DNA of 63,995 bases, counting the filler, from Basidiobolus ranarum (lineage: Eukaryota), in assembly GCA_040143965.1 (NCBI GenBank). It is 3 parts of 3 records of this genome, joined end to end, with 100 filler letters (N's around TTAATTAATTAA, not from the genome) between each part and the next. Parts side by side here need not be neighbours in the genome. Positions count along the whole stretch, not along the records: positions 46,374 to 63,995 come from JASJQH010007174.1; 2 more parts are not named here. One strand, given 5' to 3'. The notes below the pieces were generated by a model that saw nothing but the letters and a program-made list of their open reading frames with translations, searched no databases and was not told where the DNA came from. Positions 61,195 to 63,995 of the stretch are shown piece after piece; the stretch's first letter is position 1; every line of letters begins with the position of its first letter. Both the position numbers and the translations under genes were made by a program.

Positions 61195-63725
61195 GTGCAT
61201 ACGCTTGCATTTTATTTATTTTGTATGATTAGTCACCTCCATAGTTCCCATTCTTTTATTCTTTTCGGCACCCGAACATCCTTAATCTCAGAGAAGAAAA
61301 TCCTTTCCTTGCATTGGCTGATGCATTCATATTATTGTATCTTCGAATAATTCACAACAAAATAAATTGGCCCGCATCCCCGCAATCTACTGTAACCATT
61401 CGTAGGATCGGGGCATTTGCTGTCGCGTTACCAATCTCATGTAACCTACCCAGCAAATCCCGGTAATCATTAGCACTCGTATGGAGAGCTTCTCGAGCCA
61501 TTTCACCAGCACGCACGATCTTTGTAATAATAGCACAGATTTGTATAATATGAAGCTGCAGTTATTAACTTTATAACCAAAAGGCAAGATTTCCATATTC
61601 CCCTTATCGGTAATCTACAAACAGGATTAGCCCATTTTGTACACCAAGAGTGACTACTACTGAATGGGACCAGGACGACACTTTAGTTTTGTCAAGCTAA
61701 CGATCCAGTCTTGTTAACAAATGGGTTGGATTGAAAGTTGAATAAAGGAGCCAATATGGGTATCTCGGATAGAATTTAGTGGATTTTATTAAGCAGTCAT
61801 TCAAATTAGTATTCTATGCTGAAGGAGTGATAGACATTGCAGGAATAAGCTAGGCCAAACACGGTCCAGATGATATAAATAGACCAAGTGGCTTCAAGAT
61901 AAGACTAGTCCAGAACAAAAGTGCTAGTGACATATGTCAATAGCCAGATATGTCTATTTCTAACTTCTGGAATATCTCCTTACATTCCACCGTTCATGGA
62001 CTTGTCCAAGCTACTCACGAACTTGTAAGTAATAGTCAATGACATCACGAAACTCTGAAGTCAGACACCCCGCCAGAAAGATCAACCCCATTATCATTCT
62101 CAGAGAGCTATACGATAATGCTGGTGAGCAGTGGCTAAAGATTCATTTAAAATTACCGGCCAATTCGCCGTCAGATGTCACACATCCCATTTTAAATTAA
62201 CATTCTCAGCAACCTGAGACGTTCAGATTTGTACAGCACTTCTAGGAGATTGCACCTTGATTCTGAGATATCTAACAATGGGGGTAACTCCCAAAACAAT
62301 AATGTTAAGGTAGCTTATGTAAGTATTTACATCCAGCAAGTAATAGTGAAAGCATCCAAAACCCAAGCTATTACGCCAGGTACCTGTAGCCAATGTGTCG
62401 TATACGTTCTAATGAGAATTAAATGCATCTTTTCTCTAATTACATAATGATTTTGGTGTCCCCTGTGATCATCGCAGACCTGGATGATTATCGATGAGGG
62501 AGTGGCAATTTAAGCAGTCTCAAGTGGTCTGTTTCAAGACACAAGATCGTATACATCGACTCATGCTGCAAAGACTGCTTAAGGCTTGTGAAACTAGAGT
62601 GATACATTTCATTATCCGTATTAATCACCAATCCAGATTATGGTCAAAGCTCGTACTTCCACCGGCATCACCAAGAGCGTATTGTTCACCCATTGGGATG
62701 TTGGCGGAATTCTTAATTCCATAGAGAGTGATTGCTTTCGGCAATTGAAATCTCTTTCAGGTGACTCTGAAAGTGGTCAGCCACTGAGCTATTCATCTAT
62801 TGAGACTAGCTAGCTCTGTTCTTTAGAAATTATCAGCCTTCCACTAGGATACGTGAATTCATTACTCACTCATTTTGCCTAAAACCTTCTAGAATTTCTC
62901 ATATCTGATCATCCAAGTCATTTCTGGTGGACGAATCAGCACTGTCTCCACCCATTTGCCTCATGAATAGGATCAACTAGTATTTGAATTCAAGCGCGGA
63001 TTCTCCGGCAGCCTAGGTGACGTAAATCATCCCGCTTCCTATTTATAATTACATCACATGGATATGGTTCAGTGGAGCAGTTCCATTTTAGTGCCACATA
63101 GTGGGTTCTATTTAATATTGCGAAAGTACATTAAAAGGTCGGCCACCCAGCTCTGCCATATCCAGAGCGCTGAGTCTGATCAAAATCAGTGCTTAGAGCA
63201 AGGTCTATTTAACTCTGGCCAGACGGAGCATCGACTTCGGCAAACATCAGAACTGCCACCATTTCCGTTGGCATGATAACGACAGGTGCGGATTAGGCCG
63301 CCATTGAGTCATCATGGTCGATTGAAAGAGATTTGAGGCGTTGGCGCTCAATGTTTGACAACCGCCCAGTTTGAAATCAACCTCTATGAAACATGGATCC
63401 CAGTAAGAATCGAATAGCCCTACGTCAATCAACTGAAAAGTGGTGCTGATGGTGAAGTGCTTTTATTACTACAATTTGCTCGATTGAATAATTACCGAAA
63501 ACGGTAAATCACTATTTAGAGACTTGATATTTACAGTATCAGAATGAATTGAAAATGACTGCTACTTTGATACTTGCTCAGGAATTATGGCTGAAGCGGT
63601 AGTGGTAGCATCAAAGATAGAATGTAAATGAATATGGTTTCATGAGGGCTTGACCGTGAGATAGTAAAATGAGTTGAGAATGTACACTGGATAAGAGATA
63701 TGGTCAAAGCTGCCTTGGGGTTTGG

Positions 63726-63993
63726 TCAACTTAGCATCAAGCTACAACAATAGATGCCGAAGTAGGTTTCAGAAACTCCTTTCGTAACAGTCCCAAAGGC
63801 ACATCTCATCCCTATCTTGTACCTTGGTTTCTACTGAGGAGTAAGGAGGAGGTGAAGAAAACCGTTGAGTGGTGGGACAAGAACGACGACGAACAATCGG
63901 AATACCACCACGATTAAAGCTTTTGGAGCTTCGTTCACGCATCAACTGTGCTGGATGTATACCTTCGCTTCTTAACTTTAATGTGGCCTTGGT
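63726..63993 (-). CDS. Possible fragment of a gene running off the right edge (unknown product, contains PPPY)
   Basis: Stop-free minus-strand frame from the window end: TKATLKLRSEGIHPAQLMRERSSKSFNRGGIPIVRRRSCPTTQRFSSPPPYSSVETK..., with a possible donor AAG/GTACAA. No family recognised. Confidence 0.3.
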
Positions 63994-63995
63994 AA

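Overview
AT-rich eukaryotic DNA from a fungus, probably an early-diverging lineage. A Zoopagomycota/Basidiobolus-like origin is an inference from gene content and the short ~50-110 nt GT-AG introns. The window is not one locus: two 100-nt artificial spacers (N44-TTAATTAATTAA-N44 at 23111-23210 and 46274-46373) join three pieces. Piece 1 (1-23110) holds a repeat fragment, NSE4, an EHT1/EEB1-like alpha/beta hydrolase, TRS31, VIP1/Asp1 and two convergent paralogous Msn2/Ste12-type C2H2 zinc-finger genes. Piece 2 (23211-46273) is gene-sparse and all its CDSs are single-exon: APRT, an alpha-arrestin, a tubby/LURP-like protein, a Pof1-like nucleotidyltransferase, a 7TM-RGS receptor, a secreted Lys/Ser/Asp-repeat protein and a coiled-coil+CBM20 protein, plus a nested fold-back repeat. 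Piece 3 (46374-63995) holds the 3' end of an ABCG transporter, PRPP synthetase, glucosylceramide synthase, VPS74, a WD40 inositol 5-phosphatase and a possible partial gene at the edge. I saw no rRNA, tRNA, CRISPR array or transposase, and I cannot show a wholly new system from sequence alone. The best leads are the enzyme-less coiled-coil/CBM20 protein (possible glycogen adaptor), a Vip1 with Gln replacing the second conserved phosphatase His, the GCS1-VPS74-5-phosphatase Golgi lipid neighbourhood, the fold-back repeat family and the secreted repeat protein.
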